From assembly GCA_964580965.1 (NCBI GenBank), contig CAZOLZ010000007.1, positions 34 to 64,033 on the forward strand: 64,000 bases of DNA. The letters are read 5' to 3'. The translations under genes were made by a program, and so were the position numbers. This DNA is from an uncultured Flavobacteriales bacterium. GTDB taxonomy: Bacteria; Bacteroidota; Bacteroidia; Flavobacteriales_D; Crocinitomicaceae. The notes beneath the pieces are model-generated. The model saw only the letters and a list, made by a program, of their open reading frames with translations. It was not told the DNA's origin and did no database searches. This document shows positions 38,035 to 46,539 of this stretch, piece after piece (within the stretch, counting starts at the first letter, position 1; every line of letters starts with the position of its first letter).

Positions 38035-39733
38035 AATAATACTTTTTACATTTTTACTGAGTAGCCTTATCGGTTTTTCTCAGAATGATAATGTTACAAT
38101 TATCTACACAGGAAATAGAGAGGTTGATAAAGCTTATCGTATTACTGAAAATCCAAAAATGATTGATACAACATTAGCTTTAGGAGCTACCGAATATCCA
38201 TTACTGATTTTACAATACAAAGCGCCAATTCGTCTAGATAGTATTCAGCCTGCAACAATCAAAATTGATCCAAAATTGGAACAATTATATCATTCTTATG
38301 CTAAGTTAGGGGTTGGAAACTACATGATGCCTATGGGTGAATTTTACTTTGATGGTAATCGTTCTCGTAAATTTAATTATGGTACACATTTAAAACACAT
38401 TAGTTCATTTAGTTCAATAGATGGTTATGCTCCATCACTTTACGACAGAAGCACTGGTTCTATATTCGGAACAATCAACGAAAAGAATTACACATTAAAA
38501 GGGAAAGTTAATTATTCCAATAAGGGATTCCATTATTATGGTGTTGAAAATGATTCAATTGCAAGAGACTCAATCGCTCAACGTTACAGTGATGTAAATA
38601 GTTATTTTGAATTTGCTTCACATGAAAAAGATAGTGCACATTTAAATTACAAAATAGGACTTACGTACAATAATTTTTTGTCACAAAAGCCATACATTGA
38701 TTCGTTATCAAAATGGCGTGGTCAAGAAAATTATATCGCTCTAAATTCAACATTTAGTTACCTACAAGGAAAGGAAATTTTTGGAGCTGATTTTGATGTT
38801 AAATTTAACAACTATCAATATGGATACGCAGACTCTGTTTTGAATCAAATAGATACTGGAATCGTTAGAAATAATACTATTGTTTCCTTAAAACCAACGA
38901 TTACAACATTTGCTTACCAAAATAAATTAAAAGCACAAATTGGGGTTAATTTAACGGTTGATGCTGGAACAGTAAATCAATTTTCTGTTTTCCCAATTGC
39001 AGAAGCAAAATACTCTTTCTTTAATGATTTATTTATCCCTTTTGCTTCCATTACTGGTGGTGTAAAACAAAATCGATTTAAAGTAATAGCTAATGAAAAT
39101 GAATTCATTTTGCCGAACTTAATTCTTGAAAATGAACGTACACCAATCGATTTAAGATTTGGTATCAAAGGGACGTTAGCTAAACGTATTGGTTTTAATG
39201 TAAATGCTCGTTTTGCAAGAGTTCAAAATAAAGCTTTATTTGTTACAGATACAATGTCATCACTTCGTAATAAGTTCAATGTGATTTATGACACAATGAA
39301 CATTACAACTTTTGAGGGGTCAATCTACTATCAATTGAATGAAAAGCTAAAAATTGATGCTGTTGGACGCTATTTTTCATACGAATTAAACAACAACGCT
39401 TATGCTTGGAACTTGCCGCAATATCAAATCATTACAAGAGGTAGTTACAACTTATTTGATAAACTCATAATGAACTTAGACGTGACATTTGAAGGTGGTA
39501 GAAAAGCTTTAGTTTATACAAAAATTGACAATAATACTGTGTTAGAAAACAACCAATATGCACAAAATCTTGGTTTTATTGCAGATGCAAACATCAATTT
39601 AGAATACCGATATAATAAACGATTATCTGCTTTTTTACAATTGAATAATTTTGCTGCACAACGTTACAAACGTTGGTACAATATGCCTGTTCAAGGTTTT
39701 CAAGTGTTAGGTGGTCTAACATTTAGATTCTAA
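38012..39733 (+). CDS. Putative outer-membrane beta-barrel (Bacteroidota 'putative porin'-like)
   Basis: Signal peptide KIILFTFLLSSLIGFSQ, an alternating strand pattern throughout, and C-terminal GGLTFRF. The alternative start at 38024 is equally possible. Overlaps the end of the TPR gene. Confidence 0.6.
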   Translation: MKESMKNKIILFTFLLSSLIGFSQNDNVTIIYTGNREVDKAYRITENPKMIDTTLALGATEYPLLILQYKAPIRLDSIQPATIKIDPKLEQLYHSYAKLGVGNYMMPMGEFYFDGNRSRKFNYGTHLKHISSFSSIDGYAPSLYDRSTGSIFGTINEKNYTLKGKVNYSNKGFHYYGVENDSIARDSIAQRYSDVNSYFEFASHEKDSAHLNYKIGLTYNNFLSQKPYIDSLSKWRGQENYIALNSTFSYLQGKEIFGADFDVKFNNYQYGYADSVLNQIDTGIVRNNTIVSLKPTITTFAYQNKLKAQIGVNLTVDAGTVNQFSVFPIAEAKYSFFNDLFIPFASITGGVKQNRFKVIANENEFILPNLILENERTPIDLRFGIKGTLAKRIGFNVNARFARVQNKALFVTDTMSSLRNKFNVIYDTMNITTFEGSIYYQLNEKLKIDAVGRYFSYELNNNAYAWNLPQYQIITRGSYNLFDKLIMNLDVTFEGGRKALVYTKIDNNTVLENNQYAQNLGFIADANINLEYRYNKRLSAFLQLNNFAAQRYKRWYNMPVQGFQVLGGLTFRF

Positions 39734-39734
39734 G

Positions 39735-40736
39735 ATGAAAACGTTTAATATCCTTCCTTTAGGTTTCCCATGGACAACTAAAGATCCATTTATCTTTTGT
39801 GTACATCATCGTGATGAATTTCCTGAAGGTAACGATAATTTAGGTCCAGCAGCTCCTTTAACAGGAAGAACTATAGGAAATGATTTTACGATCAAAGACG
39901 GTTGGAGAATGTATCACGGAAGTGAAGTGCCTGGTTTTCCATACCACCCACATAGAGGGTTTGAGACGGTAACAATAACTAAAGAAGGTTGGATTGATCA
40001 CACTGATTCAATGGGTGCTTCTGGTCGATTTGGAGAAGGTGATGTGCAATGGATGACAGCAGGTAAAGGAGTTTTACATTCGGAAATGTTTCCATTACTC
40101 AATAAAGAACAAGGAAATACAACTGAATTATTTCAATTGTGGTTGAATTTACCGAAACGAAGCAAGTTTGTAGAACCACACTTTAAAATGTTATGGCATA
40201 AAGATATCCCATCAATTGAACTCAAAAACACAAATGGAAAGATCACTCAAATTGATGTGATTGCAGGAACATTTCACAACTATAATTCCTTAGAACCAAC
40301 ACCTGATTCTTGGGCAGCAGACAAAACCAATCAAGTTGGTATTTACACCGTAGAAATCGAATCAGAAGGATCTTTTGAACTACCAGTTCGAAATGATGGT
40401 GTAGATTGTATGCTTTATTTCTATGAAGGAAATGGATTGAAAGTAAACGATTCAGAAATTCCTGCTTATCATGCTATTGAATTATTGACACCTGAAGGTA
40501 TCCAAGTACAAGCAGGAAAAGAAACTTGTAAATTGTTAGTCTTACAAGGTAAGCCGATTAATGAACCGGTTGTTCAATATGGACCATTTGTTATGAATAC
40601 GGAACAAGAAATTCACGAAGCATTTGCAGAATATCGTCAGACACAATTTGGTGGGTGGCCATGGCCAAAAGCAGAATATGTGCATCCACGAAATCAAGGG
40701 AGGTTTGCCAAGCATGCTGATGGCAGAGAAGAATAA
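39735..40736 (+). CDS. Pirin-family bicupin protein
   Basis: HPHRGFETVTI, GDVQWMTAGKGVLHSE. Starts 1 nt after the barrel gene stop. Confidence 0.9.
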   Translation: MKTFNILPLGFPWTTKDPFIFCVHHRDEFPEGNDNLGPAAPLTGRTIGNDFTIKDGWRMYHGSEVPGFPYHPHRGFETVTITKEGWIDHTDSMGASGRFGEGDVQWMTAGKGVLHSEMFPLLNKEQGNTTELFQLWLNLPKRSKFVEPHFKMLWHKDIPSIELKNTNGKITQIDVIAGTFHNYNSLEPTPDSWAADKTNQVGIYTVEIESEGSFELPVRNDGVDCMLYFYEGNGLKVNDSEIPAYHAIELLTPEGIQVQAGKETCKLLVLQGKPINEPVVQYGPFVMNTEQEIHEAFAEYRQTQFGGWPWPKAEYVHPRNQGRFAKHADGREE

Positions 40737-40773
40737 GTTAAAATGAGATTATAATGGTTTACCTCGATTGTTA

Positions 40774-41454
40774 CTAGGGGTTAGACAAACTCACCGGCAC
40801 TATTTTACCATTCATCCATTGATGAGCCGATAAAGCAAATTCGGTAATATATTCCGCCATTTTTTCAGCTGAAACCGGTGCTTCATATCCTGGAAAAGCT
40901 TCTTCCAACATTTCGGTTTGAGCAGCCCCCAAACATAAACAGTTCATTTTGATTGGTGTTTCTTTATATTCTTCCGCAAATAACTCTGTAAAGCTACAAA
41001 CAGCTGCTTTAGATGTTGAATAAGCCGCTAAACCTGGGAATTTTAAACTTCCTTGAAACCCACCCATTGAACTAATATTTACAATATGTCCACCCTTTTC
41101 CATTTTTGGAACTACTGCTTGAACGGTTTGCATCACTCCAATTACGTTCACTTGGTAACAAGCATCTAAATCTTCTTTCGTTAATTCTGTAAAAGATTTA
41201 TTGACTAAATAACCAGCATTATTAATTAAAATATCAATCGAATCAAATGCTTCAAAAGTTGTTTCGGCTTGTTCTTTGACGTTCGATGCTTTCAAATCGA
41301 ATGCTGCAAATTTCACATTTGGAAACTGATTGAATGTTTCCATGCTCTTAATGTTTCTTGATAATGCTAAAATTTTGTTTGAACTATTTTGTGCTAATTG
41401 TTCAACTAATGCTTTACCAATACCTCTACTTGCTCCGACGATGACGATGTTCAT
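40774..41454 (-). CDS. Short-chain dehydrogenase/reductase (SDR)
   Basis: VGASRGIGKA, NNAG, catalytic YSTSKAA. Confidence 0.88.
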   Translation of the reverse strand: MNIVIVGASRGIGKALVEQLAQNSSNKILALSRNIKSMETFNQFPNVKFAAFDLKASNVKEQAETTFEAFDSIDILINNAGYLVNKSFTELTKEDLDACYQVNVIGVMQTVQAVVPKMEKGGHIVNISSMGGFQGSLKFPGLAAYSTSKAAVCSFTELFAEEYKETPIKMNCLCLGAAQTEMLEEAFPGYEAPVSAEKMAEYITEFALSAHQWMNGKIVPVSLSNP

Positions 41455-41466
41455 GATAAGATTGAA

Positions 41467-42546
41467 TTATTCGTCAAAACTGATAACAACTTTTTCGCTT
41501 GCAGGATGAGCCTGACATGTCAGCACATAACCTTCTGCTACTTCTTCTTCAGTTAATGCATAATTCATTTTCATTGTAGCTTTTCCTTCTAACAATTTTG
41601 CTTTACATGAACAACAAACTCCACCTCGACACGAATAAGGTGCATCGAAACCTTCTTTATCTAAAATATCTAAAACTGATTTTCCGTCAGATTTTAATTT
41701 AAACTCAATCGATTCACCATCTAAAATTACTTTTACAGAACTTTCGCCATTAAAATTTGACGAAGATTCTTTAGGTGTTGGCTCCATGATTGTTGGCGTT
41801 GTAAATAATTCAAAATGAATTTTTGATTCTGAAACACCAAACATTTTCAACGTATCAACTCCAGCTTTTATCATTTCTTCTGGACCACACAAATAAAATG
41901 CATCTGCTTTTAAAATTTCCAAGTCTTTTTTTACGATTTCAGAAATTGCCGACTTATCTATACGTCCACTATTAAAACCCTCTTTTGTTTCTTGCGATAA
42001 ATAAAAGGTTGACTTCACATGGTCCAATGTCAAAATATCCTCGTGAAATAGAATTGAACTTTGTGTTTTATTACCATAAAACAACTCCATTTGTCCTTGT
42101 CCTGCTTGCATCGATTTGGCGATTGAAAGAATAGGTGTAATTCCAGAACCAGCAGCAAAAGCAACTATCTTTTGGTTATTTTCTTTCAACTGAAAGTTCC
42201 CTTCTGGTTGTGAGACCATAATTTCCATTCCCTCTTTTGCCTCTTTCAAAAACCAATTTGAAACCTTTCCATTTGGAACAGATTTTACAGCAACTGCTAA
42301 TGGTTCATCCTTACCACTACAAATTGAATACGAACGTCTTTCTTCAGTACCATTTACATCTACTATAAAATTGATGTATTGCCCTGGAATAAAAAAGAAT
42401 GTCTCTTTTAAGTCTTGAGGAACATTTAGTATAATCTGTACGCTATCACTAGTTAAACTTTTAACTTCTTGAATAGTTAAAGCATAAAACCCTTTGTGCT
42501 TTTTTTGAGCGTTGTCTTTGTTGAATATTTTTTTAAATAATGCCAT
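41467..42546 (-). CDS. PaaE-type ferredoxin-NAD(P) reductase with C-terminal plant-type 2Fe-2S domain, paralog 2
   Basis: Start moved to the Met giving MALFKK, which removes the overlap. RRSYSICS (FAD), FAAGSGITP (NAD), CRGGVCCSCKAK...LTCQAHP (2Fe-2S). Confidence 0.8.
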   Translation of the reverse strand: MALFKKIFNKDNAQKKHKGFYALTIQEVKSLTSDSVQIILNVPQDLKETFFFIPGQYINFIVDVNGTEERRSYSICSGKDEPLAVAVKSVPNGKVSNWFLKEAKEGMEIMVSQPEGNFQLKENNQKIVAFAAGSGITPILSIAKSMQAGQGQMELFYGNKTQSSILFHEDILTLDHVKSTFYLSQETKEGFNSGRIDKSAISEIVKKDLEILKADAFYLCGPEEMIKAGVDTLKMFGVSESKIHFELFTTPTIMEPTPKESSSNFNGESSVKVILDGESIEFKLKSDGKSVLDILDKEGFDAPYSCRGGVCCSCKAKLLEGKATMKMNYALTEEEVAEGYVLTCQAHPASEKVVISFDE

Positions 42547-42556
42547 AATAATTATT

Positions 42557-43615
42557 TTAATCGTCAAATGATATGGTTAATTTTTCACTTGTTGGGTGTG
42601 CTTGACAAGTTAAGATATAACCTGCTTCAACCTCATCTGGTTCCAAGGCAAAGTTTACATCCATACGAGCTAAACCTTCTATTATTTTTGCTTTACATGT
42701 GCAACAAACACCTCCCTTACAAGCAAATGGTAGGTCTCCACCTACTTTATATGCAGCATCTAAAATTGATTCCCCTTCAGAAGTCATTGCAACATCTAAG
42801 GTGTCTCCATCAATAATCACTTTCACATTTGCTTCAATTGATGGTTCATTAGATACTACTTTTGGTTTGTTAGATTCGGATGTTGTAAATAATTCAAAAT
42901 GAACATTTGCATTTGTTTTTTCAGTGAAGAAATCTTTGACATTTAAAATCATTTCTTCTGGACCACAAACAAAGACTTCGTTAATTTCTGTATCTTTCAA
43001 AAATGCATTGTATAAATCCTCTATTTTTTGAGAATTAATTCGTCCTTTTTGAATTTCATTTCCAAGACTTTCTCTTGATAACACGTGAACAACCCTTAAA
43101 TTATTCATGTATTTATTTTTCAATCCCTCAATCTCTTCCCTAAAAATAATGTTTGCAAAACCTTTGTTACCGTAAAATAAGATTACATCGCTGTTGGGTT
43201 CTTCTTGTAAAATTGTTTTTATTATTGATATGATTGGAGTTATTCCAGAACCAGCAGCAAACAAAGCATATGATTTTTTGTGATCAGCTTTTGGTTCAAC
43301 ATGAAATCCACCTGTTGGTACCATTACTTCAATTTGATCTCCTGGTTTTAATGATTCGTTAGCGAAGGTAGAAAATTTTCCTTCTGTGATTTTTTTGATA
43401 GCAACTCTCCACTCACGATCTAAAGGTGAAGAACATAGCGAATATGACCTTCTTATTTCTTCTCCATCAATAATTGTTTTTAAAGTTAAGTATTGACCAG
43501 CTAAAAACTGATATTCTACTTTTAATTCATCAGGAATTTCAAATGCTACAGACACCGTGTCGTCTGTTTCTCTTCTGACTTCTGAAACTTTTATATTGTG
43601 AAACGTTGGGCGCAT
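42557..43615 (-). CDS. paaE: PaaE-type (phenylacetyl-CoA epoxidase reductase-like) ferredoxin reductase, paralog 1
   Basis: RRSYSLCS, FAAGSGITP, CKGGVCCTCKAK...LTCQAHP. Same architecture as paralog 2. Confidence 0.82.
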   Translation of the reverse strand: MRPTFHNIKVSEVRRETDDTVSVAFEIPDELKVEYQFLAGQYLTLKTIIDGEEIRRSYSLCSSPLDREWRVAIKKITEGKFSTFANESLKPGDQIEVMVPTGGFHVEPKADHKKSYALFAAGSGITPIISIIKTILQEEPNSDVILFYGNKGFANIIFREEIEGLKNKYMNNLRVVHVLSRESLGNEIQKGRINSQKIEDLYNAFLKDTEINEVFVCGPEEMILNVKDFFTEKTNANVHFELFTTSESNKPKVVSNEPSIEANVKVIIDGDTLDVAMTSEGESILDAAYKVGGDLPFACKGGVCCTCKAKIIEGLARMDVNFALEPDEVEAGYILTCQAHPTSEKLTISFDD

Positions 43616-43632
43616 AACAAAAATTTATTTTA

Positions 43633-43640
43633 CAAAAATA
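43633..43640 (-). promoter_or_regulatory. -7 box TATTTTTG, candidate promoter of the paaE-paaE'-SDR operon
   Basis: Reverse complement of caaaaata, 17 nt upstream of the ATG at 43615. Confidence 0.5.
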
Positions 43641-43862
43641 ATGAATTCTTTAGGTTTTCTGTCTTAATGTCGTGATGCATATTTTAAAGGTGTTAAAAAA
43701 TTAACTGTTTTTCCATATTACCTTACACACAATCACTATTCGGTAAAAATTAATAAAGTGCTAATAATCAAAATACTTAGTGCAGAAATTTAAAATTTTT
43801 ATACAATTATGAAACCTGTTATTCAAAATTAAAAAGTATTTTAATTATCAAGGATAAATCGT

Positions 43863-43870
43863 TAAATTTG
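43863..43870 (+). promoter_or_regulatory. -7 box TAAATTTG, candidate paaABCD promoter
   Basis: Exact TAnnTTTG, 21 nt upstream of the ATG at 43892. Confidence 0.55.
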
Positions 43871-43891
43871 TAATAAGACAATCTTTGCATT

Positions 43892-44851
43892 ATGGATAAA
43901 GAAAAATTAGCGGAATTAGAAAAGCAGTTCCAGGAGAAAATTGACAACGATATCAAAATTGAACCAAGAGATTGGATGCCGGATGATTATCGCAAAACTT
44001 TGATTCGTCAGATATCACAACATGCTCACTCTGAAATAGTAGGTATGTTGCCTGAAGGTAATTGGATTACTCGAGCTCCGAACTTAAGAAGAAAAGCTGT
44101 TTTATTAGCAAAAGTTCAAGATGAAGCTGGTCATGGTTTGTATTTATATAGTGCTATGGAAACGCTTGGTGCTGATAGAGAGGAATCAATCGATGATTTA
44201 CACAACGGAAAAGCAAAATACTCTTCTATTTTCAATTACCCAACAACTTCATGGGCTGATATGGGTACTATTGGTTGGTTAGTAGATGGGGCCGCAATTA
44301 TGAATCAAGTTCCATTGTGTAGGTGTTCATACGGGCCATACGCTAGAGCGATGGTAAGAGTTTGTAAAGAGGAATCTTTTCATCAGCGTCAGGGATATGA
44401 AATCATTACTAAGTTGGCAAATGGGACTCCCGAACAAAAAGCAATGGCTCAAGATTCATTGAATCGTTTTTGGTGGCCTTCATTGATGATGTTTGGTCCG
44501 TCTGATAAAGATTCTGTTCACTCAGCACAATCGATGAAATGGAAGATTAAAAGAAATTCGAATGATGAACTAAGACAACTTTTTGTAGATGTTACGGTTC
44601 CACAAGCTGAACTCCTTGGATTAACTGTGCCAGATGAAAATTTACGTTTCAATGAAGAAACTGGTCACTATGAATTCAGTGAAATCAATTGGGATGAATT
44701 TTGGCAAGTAGTTAATGGAAATGGTCCTTGTAATAAGGAACGCATTGATGCAAGAAGAGCGGCGAAAGAAAATGGTGCTTGGGTAAGTGAAGCTGCAAGT
44801 GCATATGCAAAAAAAAGAGCGTCAAGACGAAGTGAAGCTGTTAATCAGTAA
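43892..44851 (+). CDS. paaA: 1,2-phenylacetyl-CoA epoxidase-type diiron oxygenase, catalytic subunit A
   Basis: Diiron ligand helices [11 protein letters not shown] and [10 protein letters not shown]. Length and layout fit PaaA. Confidence 0.9.
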   Translation: MDKEKLAELEKQFQEKIDNDIKIEPRDWMPDDYRKTLIRQISQHAHSEIVGMLPEGNWITRAPNLRRKAVLLAKVQDEAGHGLYLYSAMETLGADREESIDDLHNGKAKYSSIFNYPTTSWADMGTIGWLVDGAAIMNQVPLCRCSYGPYARAMVRVCKEESFHQRQGYEIITKLANGTPEQKAMAQDSLNRFWWPSLMMFGPSDKDSVHSAQSMKWKIKRNSNDELRQLFVDVTVPQAELLGLTVPDENLRFNEETGHYEFSEINWDEFWQVVNGNGPCNKERIDARRAAKENGAWVSEAASAYAKKRASRRSEAVNQ

Positions 44852-44918
44852 ATTAGTTAATATTAAAGAATTAGTGAAAGCTAAAAATTAAACACTAATC
44901 TCTAAGAAATAAAATGTT

Positions 44919-45206
44919 ATGTCAAATAAAGATTGGCCTTTATGGGAGGTATTTATCAGAAGTAAACAAGGGTTAAACCACAAACATGTTGGAAGTTTAA
45001 GAGCTGCTGATGAAATAATGGCAATTGAAAATGCTAGAGATGTTTACACGCGTCGTTCAGAAGGTATTAGTATTTGGGTTATAGAATCAAAAAATGTTTT
45101 TGCTTCTGAACCATCCAATGCTGATTCATTTTTTGAACCTGCTCATTCAAAAGTTTATCGTCACCCTACTTTTTATGATGTTCCGGATGATGTATCACAC
45201 ATGTAG
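44919..45206 (+). CDS. paaB: Epoxidase subunit B
   Basis: 95 aa. WPLWEVFIRSKQGLNHKHVGSL...ARDVYTRR is typical of PaaB. Confidence 0.88.
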   Translation: MSNKDWPLWEVFIRSKQGLNHKHVGSLRAADEIMAIENARDVYTRRSEGISIWVIESKNVFASEPSNADSFFEPAHSKVYRHPTFYDVPDDVSHM

Positions 45207-45245
45207 TTAAAAATCATAATTAAGTTAGATTTAAGATAATAAAAA

Positions 45246-46004
45246 ATGGAAATTAAAGAAGCTTTATTTCAATATGTTTTGAGAATGGGTGATGACAGTT
45301 TGATGTTAGGTCACCGCTTATCTGAATGGTGTGGTCATGGTCCTATATTGGAAGAAGATATCGCCACAATTAATATTTCTTTAGATTTAATTGGTCAAGC
45401 AACAAACATGTTGGCTTATGCTGGAAAGTTAGAGAATAAAGGAAGAGATGAAGATGCATTGGCATTTTTAAGACAAGAACACGAATACAGAAATATTTTA
45501 TTGGTTGAACAGACCAATGGTGATTTTGGGAAAACAATCATGCGTCAGTTTTTCTTTGATGCTTACCGCAAATTGTTGTTTGAACGTTTAAAAAATTCAC
45601 CAGATGTAGAGTTGGCTGCAATTGCTGAAAAATCTTTAAAGGAAACGAAATACCACTTAAAACATTCTTCAGAGTGGGTTATCCGTTTAGGTGATGGAAC
45701 AGATGAGTCTCACAGACGTGTTCAAAGCTCGTTAGATGAATTGTACCGTTATACAAACGAATTGTTCTTTACTGATGAAGTTGAATCAACTTTAGTTGAA
45801 AACGGAATTATCCCTTCTCTAGATGGGTTGGAAGAAGAATGGAATTCTTATGTTGAAGCAGTTCTTAAAGAAGCAACTTTATTAATCCCTACTAATAATT
45901 GGAAAATGGCTGGTGGAAGAATCGGAAAACACAGTGAACACTTAGGTCACTTGTTGACAGATTTACAATATATGCAACGCGCTTATCCAAATATGCAATG
46001 GTAA
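45246..46004 (+). CDS. paaC: Epoxidase structural subunit C
   Basis: 252 aa. YVLRMGDDSLMLGHRLSEW...HLKHSSEW resembles PaaC/PaaI. Confidence 0.85.
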   Translation: MEIKEALFQYVLRMGDDSLMLGHRLSEWCGHGPILEEDIATINISLDLIGQATNMLAYAGKLENKGRDEDALAFLRQEHEYRNILLVEQTNGDFGKTIMRQFFFDAYRKLLFERLKNSPDVELAAIAEKSLKETKYHLKHSSEWVIRLGDGTDESHRRVQSSLDELYRYTNELFFTDEVESTLVENGIIPSLDGLEEEWNSYVEAVLKEATLLIPTNNWKMAGGRIGKHSEHLGHLLTDLQYMQRAYPNMQW

Positions 46005-46486
46005 CAGAAAAAGACATTTGGGGGTTTCTGGAAGAGGTTTATGATCCAGAAATCCCTGTACTTTCTGTTGTTGATTTAGGTGTTGTTCGTACCGTTGAAT
46101 TGACAGCATCAAATAAATGTAAAATAACGATTACCCCAACCTACACTGGATGTCCTGCCATGAAAACAATGGAGAAAGATATCACCTCAAAACTAAATCA
46201 AAAAGGAATTCCAACCGTTGAAGTTTCATTGACTTTACACCCTGCATGGACGACAGACTGGTTAAGCGAAAATGGGAAAAAGAAACTCAAAGAATACGGT
46301 ATTGCACCACCTGAAAACGAAGCTGATAAAAGTGTACTCTTTGCAGAGCCTACAATAGTACCTTGTCCTCTATGTAATTCTAAAAACACGAAATTGGTAA
46401 GTCAATTTGGAAGTACTTCTTGTAAAGCGCACTACCAGTGTAATGATTGTATGGAGCCTTTCGATTACTTTAAGTGCTTAAAATAA
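45998..46486 (+). CDS. paaD: Epoxidase maturation subunit D (SufT-like domain plus Cys-rich tail)
   Basis: VYDPEIPVLSVVDLGVV, TPTYTGCPA, and C-terminal CPLCNS...CKAHYQCNDC. Overlaps paaC by 7 nt. Confidence 0.85.
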   Translation: MVTEKDIWGFLEEVYDPEIPVLSVVDLGVVRTVELTASNKCKITITPTYTGCPAMKTMEKDITSKLNQKGIPTVEVSLTLHPAWTTDWLSENGKKKLKEYGIAPPENEADKSVLFAEPTIVPCPLCNSKNTKLVSQFGSTSCKAHYQCNDCMEPFDYFKCLK

Positions 46487-46539
46487 AGCCTATTCGTTAT
46501 AATTTAAGCGAGTTTAGATACAATTAATAAAAATATAAA

